Of a stretch of DNA of 64,000 bases, positions 1 to 13,185 are shown in pieces. Both the position numbers and the translations under genes were made by a program. Each line of letters begins with the position of its first letter. Position 1 is the stretch's first letter. Under the pieces are notes generated by a model, which was not told the origin of the DNA, did not search any database, and saw only the letters and a program-made list of their open reading frames with translations. The stretch covers positions 42,968,001 to 43,032,000 of the forward strand of contig CM059432.1 in assembly GCA_030390025.1 (NCBI GenBank), written 5' to 3'. This DNA comes from Squalus acanthias (taxonomy: Eukaryota).

Positions 1-94
1 GTGGGATTAGGCTGGATAGCTCTTTGTTGGCCGGCGTGGACACAATGGGCCAAAATGGCCTCCTTCCATGCTGTAACTTTCTATGATTCTATGA
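1..94 (+). mobile_element. CR1 LINE 3' tail (cut by window edge)
   Basis: ATGGCCTCCTTC...TTCTATGATTCTATGA microsatellite tail, matching the CR1 ends at ~28780 and ~58195. Confidence 0.85.
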
Positions 95-232
95 CTCGAC
101 TTTCATATAGAAACTATGTTGTGTTTGCTATTTTCCAATTCTTCATCTACTCTCACATAAGATTTTGTTCCAATTCATTTCCTGGAACTAAATCAAGCAG
201 TGCTTCTTTCCCTGCTGGATTATAAAGATATT

Positions 233-998
233 GGCTCAGAATTTGCAGTTATAATGACAGTGAAACTGTCAGCGCTCGCCGTCATTACTGTGTAAAACTG
301 ACAGCAACTTCTGGCATCTGCACATGCGCAGTAAAACACGGAAATTGGAAGTTGCTGTCAGTGATACCCTGCTCCTCCACAGGGTGTGCTGTTGCAGTCT
401 TTGCAGATGCAATCAACACAGAGTCAGTGATTTGACGTGAACTTCAACTTTTTACGTACTATTTTCACTGTAAAAACCATTGAAAATGTCAAGCCTTGTT
501 GAATGAGGTGTAACTGAGCTTTTAACGGCATACTAAGTCATAATTACTGCTGACCAACCTCTCTGGCCCTGAAAAACTAATTTTATTAGTGTGGAGTATC
601 AATAACTTCCAATAATATTTAAAAATTGGATGATTTTTAAAATAAAACATAATTTTCATTTTAAAAAAAAGTTTGTTTGCTACTTCATCTTCTACCTTAA
701 TCCCTTGAGTTTGTCCCAGTCTTTATTTCGCTTTCTGATCAATGATTAAAAAGTTAATTATAATCCGTGCTTTTTAGTTCCTGGTTTGCTGTCTCTGAGA
801 ATTCTTCAATCTGATTGGCTGATCAGCCTGCTTGGTAACGTCACTGTTGCTGAATGTCACAGACTCCCTATAGATAGTGCCAGATTGAACGTCACGTTGG
901 AATAAGGGAAATCGACGCTCTAGAGCCCGCCAAATCTTTGTAGGCAGCTTTTTTCGAGCGGGTGTCATCCCTTTGCCGCTGACCGTAAAATCCGAGCC
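233..998. mobile_element. Non-autonomous DNA transposon (Harbinger-type MITE)
   Basis: Imperfect TIRs GGCTCAGAATTT / AAAATCCGAGCC; flanks ATT/ACT; internal inverted repeat CTGACAGCAACTTC..GAAGTTGCTGTCAG; related fragment at ~62700-62970. Confidence 0.65.
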
Positions 999-1234
999 AC
1001 TGATCTAGGAAGCAGTGTTGAATGCTTTCTAAAAAGCATTCCCTGCTTTGACTGCATGTATTACCTTTATATTGAGATAGTTAAAATCACCCAATGTTTT
1101 TGTATATTGCTGAATTATCTACAAATCTCCCTTTCTATCTCATCTGCCTGTTTGGTGGCCTGTAATGCACACTGAGAATTTCACTATTCCATTTCTATTA
1201 TATCTCTAACTCTATCCATATGCAATCCCCTAGA

Positions 1235-3399
1235 ATAGGGGTAGCCCAGATAATAAAAGATGGGATAAAGACAGTAGAGAAAAAGGATCTTAGCTCCAAA
1301 AATCATGAAGTAGAATCAGTTCGGGTGGAGCTAAGAAACAGCAAGGGGCAGAAAACATTGGTGGGAGTTGTTTATAGGCCCACAAACAGTAGTTATAATG
1401 TAGGGCAGAGTATTAATCAGGAAATTAGAGGTACATGTAGCAAGGGTAATACAGTAATTATGGGGGACCTTAATCTTCATATAGACTGGTCAACCCAAAT
1501 TTGCAGTAATAGTGTGGAGGACGAATTCATGGAATGAATACAAGATAGTTTTCTAGATCAGTATGTTGAGGAACCAACTAGGGAACAGGCTATTTTAGAT
1601 CTAGTATTGTGCAATGAGAAAGGGTTAATTAATAAGGGGCCTTTAGGGAAGAGTGACCATAATATGATAGAATTTTATACTGAGTTTGAAAGTGATTTAG
1701 TTAAATCCGAAACTAGGGTCTTAAATCTAAACAAAGCAAACTACGTAGGTATGAGGGGCGAGTTGGCTAAGGTAGATTGGGAAACTACATTAAAAGGTAT
1801 GATGGTAGACAAGCAATAGCTAGCATTTAAAGAATTAATACATAATTTACAACAAATATACATTCCTTTAAGGCACAAAAACCCCACAGGAAAAGTGGTC
1901 CAACCATGGCTAACAACAACAACAACAACTTGTGTATATATATAGTGCCTTTAACGTAGTAAAACATCCCAAGGCGCTGCACAGGAGTATTTAAGACAAA
2001 AAAAATTGACACCGAGCCACATAAGGATAAATTAGGGCAGGTGACCAAAAGGTTGGTCAAAGAGGTAGGTTTTAAGGAGCGTCTTAAAGGAGGAAAGAGA
2101 GGTAACGAGGCAGAGAGGTTTATGCAGGGAATTCCAGAGCTTAGGGCCTAGGCAACAAGAGAAGTTAAAGATAGAATTAGATCAAAGGAAGAGGCTTATA
2201 ATGCTGCCAAAACGAGTGGTAAGCCTGAGGATTGGAAGGATTTTAGAATTCAGCAAAGGAGGACCAAGAAATTGATAAGGAAAGAGAAAAAAGAATATGA
2301 GTAAATTAACAAGAGACATAAAAACAGATTGTAAATGTTTCTATAGGTATGTAAATAGGAAGAGATTAGTGAAATTAAACGTGGGCTCATTAGAGGCAGA
2401 GACACGAGAAATTATAATGGGCAATAAGGAAATGGCAGAGACATTAAACAAATACTTTGTATCTTTCTTCACAGTAGAGGACACAAAAAAAAAATTCCGG
2501 AAATAATGGGGAACCAAGAGTCTAGAGAGAATGAGGAACTTAAAGAAATCAGCATAAGTAAAGACATAGTACTGGAAAAATTAATGGGACTAAGTGGCAA
2601 CAAATCCCCTGGACCTAACGACCTGCATCCTAGGGTTTAAAAAGAGGTAGCTCCAGAGGTAGTGGATGCACTGGTATTAATCTTCCAGAATTCCCTAGAT
2701 TCTAGAATAGTCCCCAAGGATTGTAAGGTAGCAAACATAACCCTGCTATTTAAGAAAGGAGGAAGAGAAAAAAAAGGGAACTATAGGACAGTTAGTCTAA
2801 CATCAGTAGTAGGCAAAATGCTAGAATCTATTATTAGGGACATGGTAACAGGACACTTAGAAAATCATAATATGATTAGGCAGAGAGACTGGGAAATGTT
2901 TGCACTCAGAGGGACTTGGGTGTCCTTGTACACGAATCACAGAAAGTTAACATGCAGGTACAGCAAACAATAAGGAAAGCAAATGGTATGTTAGCTTTTG
3001 TTATAAAGGGATTAGAGTATAAGAGTAAAGAAGTCTTACTACAATTATACAGGGCATTGGTGAGACCACAGTCTCCTTACCTAAGGAAAGACATACATGC
3101 CTTAGAGGGAGTGCAGCGAAGGTTCACTAGACTGGTTCCTGGGATGAGGGGATTGCCCTATGAGGAGAGATTGAGTAGACTAGGCCTATATTCCTCAGAG
3201 TTTAGAAGAATGAGAGGTGATCTAATTGAAACATATAAAATTCTTAAGGGGCTTGACAGGGTTAATGCTGGGAAAATGTTTCTCCTGGCTGGGGAATCTA
3301 GAACACGGCGTCACAGTCACAGAATAAGGGGTCGGCCATTTAGGAATGAGATGAGGAAAAATTTCTTCACTCAAAGGGTTGTGAATCTTTGGAATTCTT
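1235..3399 (+). mobile_element. Degraded CR1 LINE ORF2 (APE endonuclease, linker and C-terminal part; RT core deleted)
   Basis: Peptides VGVVYRP, VIMGDLN, KSDHNMI, NYRTVSLTSVVGK, LEGVQRRFTRLVPG; stops and frameshifts; sequence jumps over the RT core at ~2885; no 3' tail. Confidence 0.92.
1912..2158 (-). mobile_element. L2 LINE 3' end inserted in the CR1
   Basis: Reverse complement of the L2 3' end at ~9580-9806, with (AAC)n tail; AACAA at both junctions (1912-1916, 2154-2158). Confidence 0.85.
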
Positions 3400-4729
3400 G
3401 GTGGGTGAATAGTTTCTTGTGCAGTGTGTACAGACTGAGGTTCAGATGGTGGTATGTAGGACCTGTTAACATAGAAGATAGGAGCAGGAGTAGGCCATTC
3501 GGCCCCTCGAGCCTGCTCCGCCATTTAATGAGATCATTGCTGATCATCCAAATTCAGTACCCTGTCCCTGCTTTCTCCCCATATCCCTTGATCCCTTTAG
3601 CCTTAAGAAATATATCTAACTTCTTCTTGAATATATTTAATGAATTGGCCTCAACTGCCTTTTGTGGTAGAGAATTCCACAGGTTCACCACTCTCTGGGT
3701 GAAGAAATTCCTCCTCATCTCTGTCCTAATTGGCTTACCCCTTATCTTTAGACTGTGACCCCTGGTTCTGACTCCCCCGCCATCGGGAACATCCTTCCTG
3801 CATCTAGACTGTCTAGTCCTGTTAGAATTTTATAAGTTTCAATGAGATCCCCTCTCATTCTTCTAAACTCCAGCGAATATAAGCCCAATCGACCCAATCT
3901 CTCCTCATACATCATTCCTGCCATCCCAGGTATCAGTCTGGTGAATCTTCGCTGCACTCCCTCCATGGCAAGAACATCCTTCCTCAGATACTCAAGGTGT
4001 GGTCTCACCAAGGCCCTGTACAACTGCAGCCCGGCATCCTTGCTCCTGTACTCGAATCCTCTCGCTATGAAGGCCAACATACCATTTGCCTTCTTAACCA
4101 TCTGCTGCACCTGCATGCTTACCTTCAGTGTTGAAGCATTTACTCACCTTGACTGCCCGAGTGAGGTCGTTGAATTTCTTCCGGCACTGTGTCAGGCTGC
4201 GTACGACCACACTACTGGCCGAGACCTCCTGGGCCTCTTCCCTCCACATTGCCCTGAATACCTGGGGCAATGTCCTCCTTCCAGTGTCTGGGAACAGACA
4301 CTGCCCTCCTTTGCACCACTCCCACGACCAATGCCTCCAATGCATCATCCGTGAAATGACGAGCTCTCTCCCTGGGAGTGGGATCAGCCATCACGATCAG
4401 GGGATTGAGTTGCTTTCAGGTCGCCTTCACAGCAAGCACTGCTGATAATGAGGTTCTGCACAATGATGCAACTTCCCCTTGAAGAGCTGGAAGGAGCCAA
4501 TGTGAAGGATCATTCCCGATTGCATTGCACCTGAAATTCATTATGGATCTGCTGGTAGCGCCCCTGTAGCGCCCTAAAGAGGTCATTAGCGCTTGATTTA
4601 GCGCTCCAGCTCTCTGCTGGAGCGCTAACAGCCAATTTAAGGGAACCTCAGATTCATTAGCGCCTGGCACTAATTTTTCATGATTTCAAAATTTAGCGCG
4701 CCAAATGGAGCGATACGAATTTCTCCCCC
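3400..4729 (-). mobile_element. Partial Harbinger element (Myb/SANT gene exon 1 and terminal TIR), interrupted by a CR1
   Basis: Colinear with ~61590-62235; encodes MADPTPRERARHF..TQCRKKFNDLTRAVK followed by GTGAGT; ends in AATTTCTCCCCC. Confidence 0.88.
3468..4128 (-). mobile_element. 5'-truncated CR1 LINE
   Basis: ORF 3748-4116 is a CR1 ORF2 C-terminus; TGTT at both junctions (3464-3467, 4129-4132); same subfamily as the CR1 ending at 51558. Confidence 0.92.
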
Positions 4730-5784
4730 AAAATGTTTTATTTTAAAATATATTCTATAATTATCGAATTTCAAATGGCAATTCTCAACGTTTAGTGAAT
4801 GCTCCAGTATTTCTTTCCATTTATGGAAAATTCTTATCTCAGTGAAATTCCAACTCATATTTACAGCTGAGTGTTAAAGTCTGTTGTGATATTGTTGCAG
4901 GTTATTTAAAAAAATAATTTGAAATAGGTAACAGGAAAATTTCATACAGGGTATGTATTACAAAACTTAATGACAAATAATTGGAGATTTGCAATGATGT
5001 GACTTTAGAGAGAATAAGTAATATTGAAAGTTTTCTTCTGGTAAAGTGAACATTAATGTAGTTGACATAATGTTCTTTGTTACTAACAAGCAGTAAAGCA
5101 TTTTAGGTATGTTTTAGATATTTATACACCTCCTGTCCTGCAGCTTTAGGAGGGTTGCCTGCCCTGTGAATTCTGGTCATGTGTGATTTATTGTAAACTA
5201 CGATAAAGCAAGCAATTCGATGTTTTTGCTTTTTTGAAGGTTGTGTTCATAGCTTCACACGCTCTACTATCTTCATCCAATCAGGAATGTGAGCAAGTGA
5301 ACATGGCCTTCATCAGTGCTGTTTTGTGCATTAGCTTACAGAAGGTGTGCTTCAACAGAGCAAGACAGGTGAAGTGTTCCCTGGTGGGGGTACCAGATGT
5401 AGTCATAGCTCATAACTGATTAAGTTCATTACATGTACCAGTGGACAGACTTTAGCACTGGTCTCCGCTGGGAAGTGAACACTCAGCTACAGAGCTGAAC
5501 AACAGTTTGTTTTTGTAGATATAATTCTGAATTTTAATATATTACAGCATGTAACACTGGTATGTAGGCCTGGAAATTTCAATTTTATAACTTGCTTGGA
5601 GCATGTTAACTTCCTTTGGCAGGCAAGGAAAGTCCCACAAATCCACTTTCCATATTGCAAGTAATATCAGTGTTCATTCCACTAGCTTCAATTATTCTTA
5701 CTGCTTTCGTGCTGCAAATGATCCTCTGTGACTTGTTGTTTCAACTTCCCTGACCAGCTTTCCCACATACATTTGCCCCATTTA

Positions 5785-5940
5785 TTTCCATGGGGGTTCT
5801 CTAGATCGTCCACAGTAACTTCAGCAGAAGATCTGCGGAAACCCCAGAGAAACAACACAAATGACATATCTCCAGGGTTTCCACAGATCTTTCCCCAAAG
5901 TTACGTAGATTGTGAGAACCCCTGTGGAAATTCAACCCCT
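5785..5940. mobile_element. Short fold-back MITE
   Basis: Arms ~5786-5850 and ~5870-5935 are imperfect reverse complements (TTTCCA..GGGGTTCTC..GTAACTT..AGATCTG.GGAAACCC). Confidence 0.6.
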
Positions 5941-6692
5941 TTATTCCTTCTGGCTAAATTTCAAATACAGTTCTTGACTAGATACCGCAATGGAAAAAAA
6001 ACCATGATCATCTTACCATCTGTTTTTCTCCTGCTGTGATAGTTGTAAAGCATGATATCTTTGATTATAGTGATAGATTAGTAGAAAATGGGTTAAGTTA
6101 ATGAAGCTGTTATCAGAAGAAGAAAAACAGAATAGCAACAATAAAACAGCTAACCTAATCATGAAATTTGCAATTATTCTATCAAGAAATCACACTGTAA
6201 TATGGCTAAACATAATCACAGTACACTATAAAGATAGCCTTGCCTTAATGGACTTCCTGTCTGAAGTGCCATGGAATTTTATGTGCAACAGTTATGTGTT
6301 TTAGGGTGTACTGATCAGATAATGCTATTGCATATATTGTCTAGAGAATGATACTGCATGTATACTGTAGGTAACTGAAACAGGAATAAATCACTTTCAG
6401 CGTTTGCTGTCTTCAGTGTGTCAAACCTTGAATACTACTCATATATAGTAAAGCTTGAAATCCATGATTTACTTACAAGAAGGATGAAGTCATATGCTTG
6501 CAAGCTGATTGAAGGTTTAAGATAAATCATGAAACTACATAAACTGTTTGCAACTTTCTTAGAATATACTGCAAATTATTTGAAGATAATGTGCAGAGAT
6601 GTCCTGAAAAACTGGTTTGAAATTAAAATTTTTAAATGCTACGTAAATCTGTATTTGTTAATGGAGCCATTATAATTTGTTAATGAGAACAC

Positions 6693-7651
6693 TGGCAGGA
6701 TGTGACTAGTAGCATCCCACAAGGATCTGTGTTCGGGCCTCAACTATTCATCGTATTCATTAATGACTTAGGTGATGGGATAGAGAGCCACATATCTAAG
6801 TTTGCCAATAACACAAAGATAGACAACTTTGTAAGAAGTGTAGACAGAAGCATAAAATTACAAAGAGGTATTAATAGATTAAGCGATTGGGCAAAACTGT
6901 GGCAAATGGATTTCAATGTAGGCAAATGTGAGGTCATCCACTTTGGACCTAAAAAGGATAGAACAGGGTACTTTCTGAGTGGTGAAAAGCTAAAAACAGT
7001 GGAGGTCCAAAGAGACAGGTACAGAAAATAATCAAAAAGGCTAATGGAATGCTGGCATTTATATTTAAAGGACTAGAATACAAAGGGGTAGAAGTTATTC
7101 TATAGCTATACAAAGCTCTGGTTAGACTATACCTGGAGTACCGTGAGCAGTTCTGGGCACCAAACTTTTGGAAGGATATATTGGCCTTGGAGGGAGTGCA
7201 GCGTAAATTTACCAGAATGACACCTGGACTCCAATGATTAAATTATGAGGAGAGATTACACAAACTAGCGTTGTATTCCCTGAAATTTAGAAGGTTGGGG
7301 GTGATTTAATCAAAGTTTTCAAGATATTAAGGGGAACTGATAGGGTAGATAGAGAGAAACTATTTCCGCTGGTTGGGTAGTCTAGGACTGAGGGCATAGT
7401 CTAAAAATTAGAGCCAGACCTTTCAGGAGTGAAGTTAGGAAACACATTTTTGGGACACTCTTCTGCAAACGGCAGTTGATGCTGGGTTAATTATTAATTT
7501 TAAATCTGAGATTGATAGATTTTTGTTAACCAAAGGTAGTAAAGGATATGGGCAAAGGCAGGTATATGGAGTTAGGTTACAAATCAACCATGATCTCATT
7601 AAATGACGGAACAGACTCGAGGGGCTAAATGGCCTACTCCTGTTCCTATGT
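6693..7651 (+). mobile_element. 5'-truncated degraded CR1 LINE
   Basis: IPQGSVFGP..FINDL..FANN RT remnant; CR1 3' stem-loop CTCGAGGGGC..GGCCTACTCCTG. Confidence 0.9.
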
Positions 7652-8014
7652 AGAACCTAATTGTGCAAGAGAGAGATGATACAATTTTAACAAGATACAG
7701 CTGAAGCTATTTGGGCTCAGGTGGATCAAACTATTAGCCCAAAATTGATCATTAGCACCTGTTCTTGGCCTCCCAATCAAGGGGCATATGAAGATGAAAT
7801 ACTGGGCGCAAATTACAAGGGCAACTGAGTTGATACTATTTTAACAGGGCCAGGTGTCACCAGACAAAATACAGACTATAAGTGCCCTCCCCACGTGTAC
7901 TGGTGGACAGCGAGTGATCTCTTTCCAGGGTTACGTAGGCGTGCACGAGGCCCTGACTAAGCAGCAAGCAGCCAGAGCAACTGTCCCTGCACAGTTGGAT
8001 TGGGACACTTTTGG

Positions 8015-8215
8015 ACATAGGAACAGCAGTAGGCTAATCAACCCCTGAGCCTGCTCTGCCATTCTATTAGATCATTAGATCTATACCTCAGCTCCATTTC
8101 ACGGCATTTGCTCCATATTGCATGATACCCTTACCAAACAAAAATCTATCGATTTCAGTCTTGAAAACTTCAACTGACCTAGCATCCAGTCTTTTTGGGA
8201 TAGAATTCTAGATTC
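8015..8215 (-). mobile_element. Old CR1 3' end
   Basis: Degenerate reverse complement of the CR1 3' UTR. Confidence 0.7.
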
Positions 8216-8226
8216 TATGACTCTTT

Positions 8227-9044
8227 GGGCTCAATTTTCACCGGCCCGTGGAGACGGGTTTGGAGGCTTGTGGGGTGGGAAAATAGCAGATTCGGGGGTC
8301 CCGAACCCATCCCGCCCCCAACTCGCCTCCATGCCAGTTTCACAGGAGGCGGGTACCCGACCTGTGCTGGGACCTGCCTCCCCGAGGCAGGAAGGGGATT
8401 AGTGCCAATAAACTGCCTGTTAACAGGTAGTTAACAGGCAGTTATTTGCCTAATCCCTATTTTTAGCCCTGAAGTGTGGGCTTCCCGACAGGTCCGAACC
8501 ACGCCGATTTAGCGAGGCGGACCGTCGGTCTGGAGGGCTTGGAGGGGTCGAGATGTCCGGTGTGCAGGTGAGTGATGGGTGCATGAGTGCAGAGGTAAGT
8601 GTGTTTGGTGTGTGTAAAATGTTTTAAGAACTTGTACTTACCTTAACTTTGTCCTGCAGGCTTCCTTCCTTCAGTTCTCAGGAGTCCCTCAGCTCACCGG
8701 CACAGAAAGCAGAATGGCCGCGGAGCTGTCAAAAGCTGCAGTCTCTGCTTTCTGTGCTGGATTGATTTCTAACTGAGTCTAAGTACAGGGACTCACATGA
8801 GAAATCATATTGTCAGTGTTTGACAGCTTCATCTGTCAAAAGCTCTTGACAGATGAAGTTTCAATGGCTGACGTCACCTGTATCCAAGGGACCCTTGATT
8901 GGCCTGCTAAGCTCGCTGGGCGGGCTTAACAAGGTCAATCAAGGGAAAATACAGTGGGTTGGCCACAAGTCGATGGAGGCAGGACTACAACCCAAAAAGT
9001 GGGAGTCCCGCCTCCATCACGTCCCCATTGACAAAATCCAGCCC
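8227..9044. mobile_element. Harbinger-type MITE, family A copy 1
   Basis: TIRs GGGCTCAATTTT / AAAATCCAGCCC; homologous to 15513-16354 (opposite orientation) and 38708-39550. Confidence 0.85.
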
Positions 9045-9084
9045 ATAATGTGTGAAAGTGCTTCCTGATTTGACTATTTTCTGA

Positions 9085-9806
9085 TATTTGACCCCAAAAT
9101 TAGCTTCCGACCACATATCCGTGCCATTACTAAGACCGCCTATTTCCACCTCTGGAATATCACCTGGCTCCGCCCTTGCCTCAGCTCATCTGCTGCTGAA
9201 ACCTTCATCCATGCCTTTGTTACCTCTAGACTTGACTATTCCAATGCACTCCTGGCCGGCCTCCCACTTTCTACCCTCCGTAAACTTGAGGTCATCCAAA
9301 ACTCTCCTGCCCGTGTCCTAACTCGCACCAAGTCCGGTTCACCCATCACCCCTGTGCTTGCTAACCTACATTGGCTCCCGGTTGAGCAACACCTTGATTT
9401 AAAAATTCTCATCCTTGTTTTCAAATCCCTCCATGGCCTCACCCCTCCCTATCTCTGTAATCTCCTCCAGCCCCACAACCCTCCGAGGTAACTGCGTTCC
9501 TCTAATTCTGGCCTCTTGAGCATCTCTGATTATAATCGCTCAACCATTGGTGGCCGCGCCTTCAGCTGCCAAGGCCCTAAGCTCTGGAAGTCCCTGCCTA
9601 AACCTCTCCGCCTCTCTACCTCTCTTTCCTCCTTTAAGACGCTCCTTAAAACCTACCTCTTTGACCAAGCTTTTGGTCATCTGCCCTAATATTTCCTTAT
9701 GTGGCTCGGTGTCAAATATTGTTTTAAAGCGCTCTTATGAAGCGCTTTGGGACGTTTTACTACGTTAAAGGCGCTATATAAATACAAGTTGTTGTTGTTG
9801 TTGTTG
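9085..9806 (+). mobile_element. L2 LINE 3' portion with (TTG)n tail
   Basis: L2 C-terminal peptides (FVTSRLDYSN, HITPVLANLHWLP, FKTLLKTYL); GGCGCTATATAAATACAAG(TTG)n end. Confidence 0.9.
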
Positions 9807-9807
9807 A

Positions 9808-10012
9808 TTTCACTCCAAAAGACCAAGTGCAAATTTTAAGATTATGCCCCCTTGTTCTGGATTCTCTCACTAGACAAAATAGTTTCTGTGTATCTACCCT
9901 TTCAAATCCCTTTATCATTTTAAACACCTTGATTAGATCAGCCCTCAACCTTCTAAACTCAAGGGAATACAAACCAATTTTATACAACCTGTCCTTTATA
10001 ATTTAACCCTTT
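9808..10012 (-). mobile_element. CR1 fragment
   Basis: GLYSLEFRRLRADLIKVFK peptide. Confidence 0.8.
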
Positions 10013-11758
10013 TGAAGGACCAGTAAGGTGTCATCGAGGTTTACCCAGTGCCTCCAGCAAAAAATATATTCTACAAATACTCATCCCAAGAGCAAGGCAC
10101 CACTTCTACAATTGGCTCGAACGGACTAAAATTATATTGCAATGTTAAATTAGAATTTCATTTGTAAAGTTTCGCAATTATCGCGATTCGAAATAACATA
10201 AGAGAAGCAGATTCGTTTGATCAGTTTTATTAAACGAAATGCTGTCCTGATAATAAAGGACACAGAAGCCTGTAAAATGGCCACCGCGCATCGTGGCAGA
10301 AGCTTCCAGAAATACAGTGGGCAGACAAGATGGCGTCGAATATACATTTCAGTATAAGATTGGATCATACTCGGTAAACACTGATAAAGACAGGATGCAA
10401 CCCGTTTGCATTTTGAAACAATAGCAAAGATATAAGTGCTGGAATCGTTTTCCTATGCACAGAAAGGATCATTGTACTGGGCAATCGAAGGCCCATCCAG
10501 ACACATCAATACACAAATACCCCCACGGCTCTACAATGAGAGAGACATTGACGGGTGATTAAGCAAGTATTCAGGGGCCCCCAAAACCAGTCAGGGAGAC
10601 GATTCATACACATCTTGGCTGGGTCAACAATGGGGAAAACATTAACGGATAGTTGGCCAGTTTCAGGTGCTACCGAAACCCGTTAAAGAAGACAACCGCC
10701 CCATGCTGGGAGTTTTGAGCGCCAATATTACACAAAGGACAAACATTAAGATTTGAGCGGGAGATAAGCGGACACATCACTGTAACTATAGAGAACAAAT
10801 GTCCATCGGTCTCTTATCCTCTGGTAGCACTCTCCTGGATGGGCAGCCTTCTGTGTTTTCTCTCTGGACTTTGTTGACTCTTGACTCTTAGCCGTACTGG
10901 TCGGTTATGCGAGTGTTGGGTGGAGCTCAATCGGAACGAGCCGCCCCGACAAGGGCAAGTAACAGGGTACACCATCCCGAGTGTCGGTAAACGGTGTCTG
11001 GACCCGGAGGCCCGAAGAGACGAGACGAGAAGAAGAGGAGAAGAATTCGAGAGAAACCCCGACCGCGCCCGAAAATATAAATAAAGAACTTTTCTTTGAG
11101 TTCTCCCGACAACCTGTATCGAGCACAGGAAGACTCTTCTTTGAACTGTGTCCGAGGTCCGTCGAGTTCTTCATGACAACAGAGAGTTTGGCCTGCTTTT
11201 CGCAGCAGCGAAAGTAAACAAGTGGGGTGCAGAAGCCCTTCCAAACACGTGACAGTCAGGCGCCGCAGCAAAACGAGCTGAGTGCCTCACTTTAAAATTC
11301 TCCGAAGTAACACGAGTGGTGAGCATGTTTTACGATCCTACAAATCTAGACGTAGTGTAGGTATTGTTAAGGGAGGGTGGTTTTAATAAGGTTAAGAGAT
11401 AATGTGTTCCCCTTTTTACGATGTGCCGTGTGTTCTTCATTTCCATAGACCAAGCTTTATGAATGTGTGTATACTTGTACTCTCATTAATTTGCGCCTAT
11501 GACATGTACTTCATGATTTTGGACGCTATGCAATAAAGATTTCCATTTCGTACTATTCAACCGAGTCTATTTGAGTTTTCTCTGCATTACTGCTCCCTGC
11601 ACCTAAGTCCAGTGTTAGAACCGTAAGGGCGAGTGGGTCGAAGCACTCACAGGTGCTTATTGCAAAAAGGCTGGCCGGAGACCAGAGCAAGCAATAGTAT
11701 TAGGCAACGAAGGCCTAACCTCGCACCAGCACCGTCTGAGACACGTTCCCCCCTTACA
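10013..11758 (+). mobile_element. Probable long (~1.75 kb) solo LTR
   Basis: Termini TGAAGG...CCTTACA; 4-nt flanks CTTT/CATT; AATAAA at 11532; CpG-rich relative to flanks; no convincing ORF. Confidence 0.6.
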
Positions 11759-12849
11759 CATTCTGTCCATGAATTACACCAGCTGTATCTAGCAGTGCTC
11801 ACCGGTCATGAACGGCTTCAAGCGTACTGATGGATAATACATGATCTTTTTTCAGGTTCACCTGGGCATGCACAAGGCCTTGAAAGTGTAGCAAATGGTC
11901 GCTGCGATCCTTCCTGCACAACTGAATTTGGACTCTTTGCCAATAAGGTGGCGCCAGTTTTTACCCAGTACATCTAAGATTATCCCCCACCCTTACCTCT
12001 AACTCGGCTTGACCTGAAAAAGCCAAATTGGTCCTGACTATCCATGTGCAACACCACAGGAGACTGAATAGTAATTTCGAATTATGGTTTCCTACCTAAT
12101 GTCATTTAATATATTTAAAATAGAAATTGCCTTTCTCAGCACCGTCAAAGGTTGTAACTGGTACTATAGTACACTTTTAAAATGTTTTTTCCACAGAAAG
12201 ACCCTGGCATTGAGTTGTCAATGGATTTTGAAATGGAAATTTGCAACTGAATCCTAATTTTTAATATACAAATGATTGTAAAGCTGAAATGCTTCTTTTC
12301 CTCTGGAATTTCTTGTGTTTTGTTTCTTACATTCTAGCAATGGCTGAAACTGGAGCCAAATTGTGTGGACAATGTCTTTACATACTGTAAAATCCAATGT
12401 ATAGGTTATATTTTGATGCAGCTTTTTTAATTAAATGACAGTCCATGGAGTATGAATAATTGTTCACACAAGTCCAGCCAATACAGAGTAGCCCCAATTT
12501 TGTGATCCCAGCAAATATGGGTTTGTGCTGACAAAGCAGGGGCACACATGTACCCGTATCTCATGGGATGGGCTGTTTCGTGATATAAACGCCTAAACTT
12601 CAGGGAAAGGAAAGTTGTACAGAGAGCTTGATTTGCAGCACACTTGGCTGATGATTGCAAAATCCAGCAAGAGAGCAGCACTAAAAAAGCTACACTAAAG
12701 AAAGGTGACCTTTTGGGGTTGAAGGATGCTCTCCAGTAAAAGGACAGGTCCCAATGTATGAAGGAAAATTGCCATATGAGTCAATGCTGTCACCCAGTTG
12801 CATCACCCTATATGCATCCTTTAAGGTCGGACATAATCCCTTTAAATTC

Positions 12850-13185
12850 GAAGAACACAAGGTAATTAAGGATGAGAAAGGCAATTTGAATCCTCCTAGT
12901 TCATCCATCCAGAAAGACCCTAAAGTCCCCACAATGCAGCAATTGTTCTTTTCGTCATTCCAGGATTCTCTCCACAACTATTTTATCTGGGAGTCCATTC
13001 CATGTATTGATCACTCTTTGAATGAAGAATTTCCTGATATCAGTTCTAAATTTGCAATTAACTATTTTGAATTTATGTCCTCTTTGTCCCATTATCCAGA
13101 TTTCCCTTTACTGTTAATTATCTCAAATATTTCAGTAAGACCACATCTCAGACACCTCCCTTCAAGGCTGAAAAGTTCAAGGGGG
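12850..13185 (-). mobile_element. Ancient CR1 3' fragment
   Basis: Degenerate reverse complement of the CR1 3' end (e.g. ATTGATCACTCTTTGAATGAAGAATTTC). Confidence 0.5.

Noticed and set aside
2916..3758. 280-aa ORF as a novel protein
   Set aside because: Chance read-through across a CR1, a Harbinger intron and an antisense CR1.
5234..5419. Possible host exon after a polypyrimidine-AG
   Set aside because: No recognisable protein similarity, a weak donor and no partner exons.
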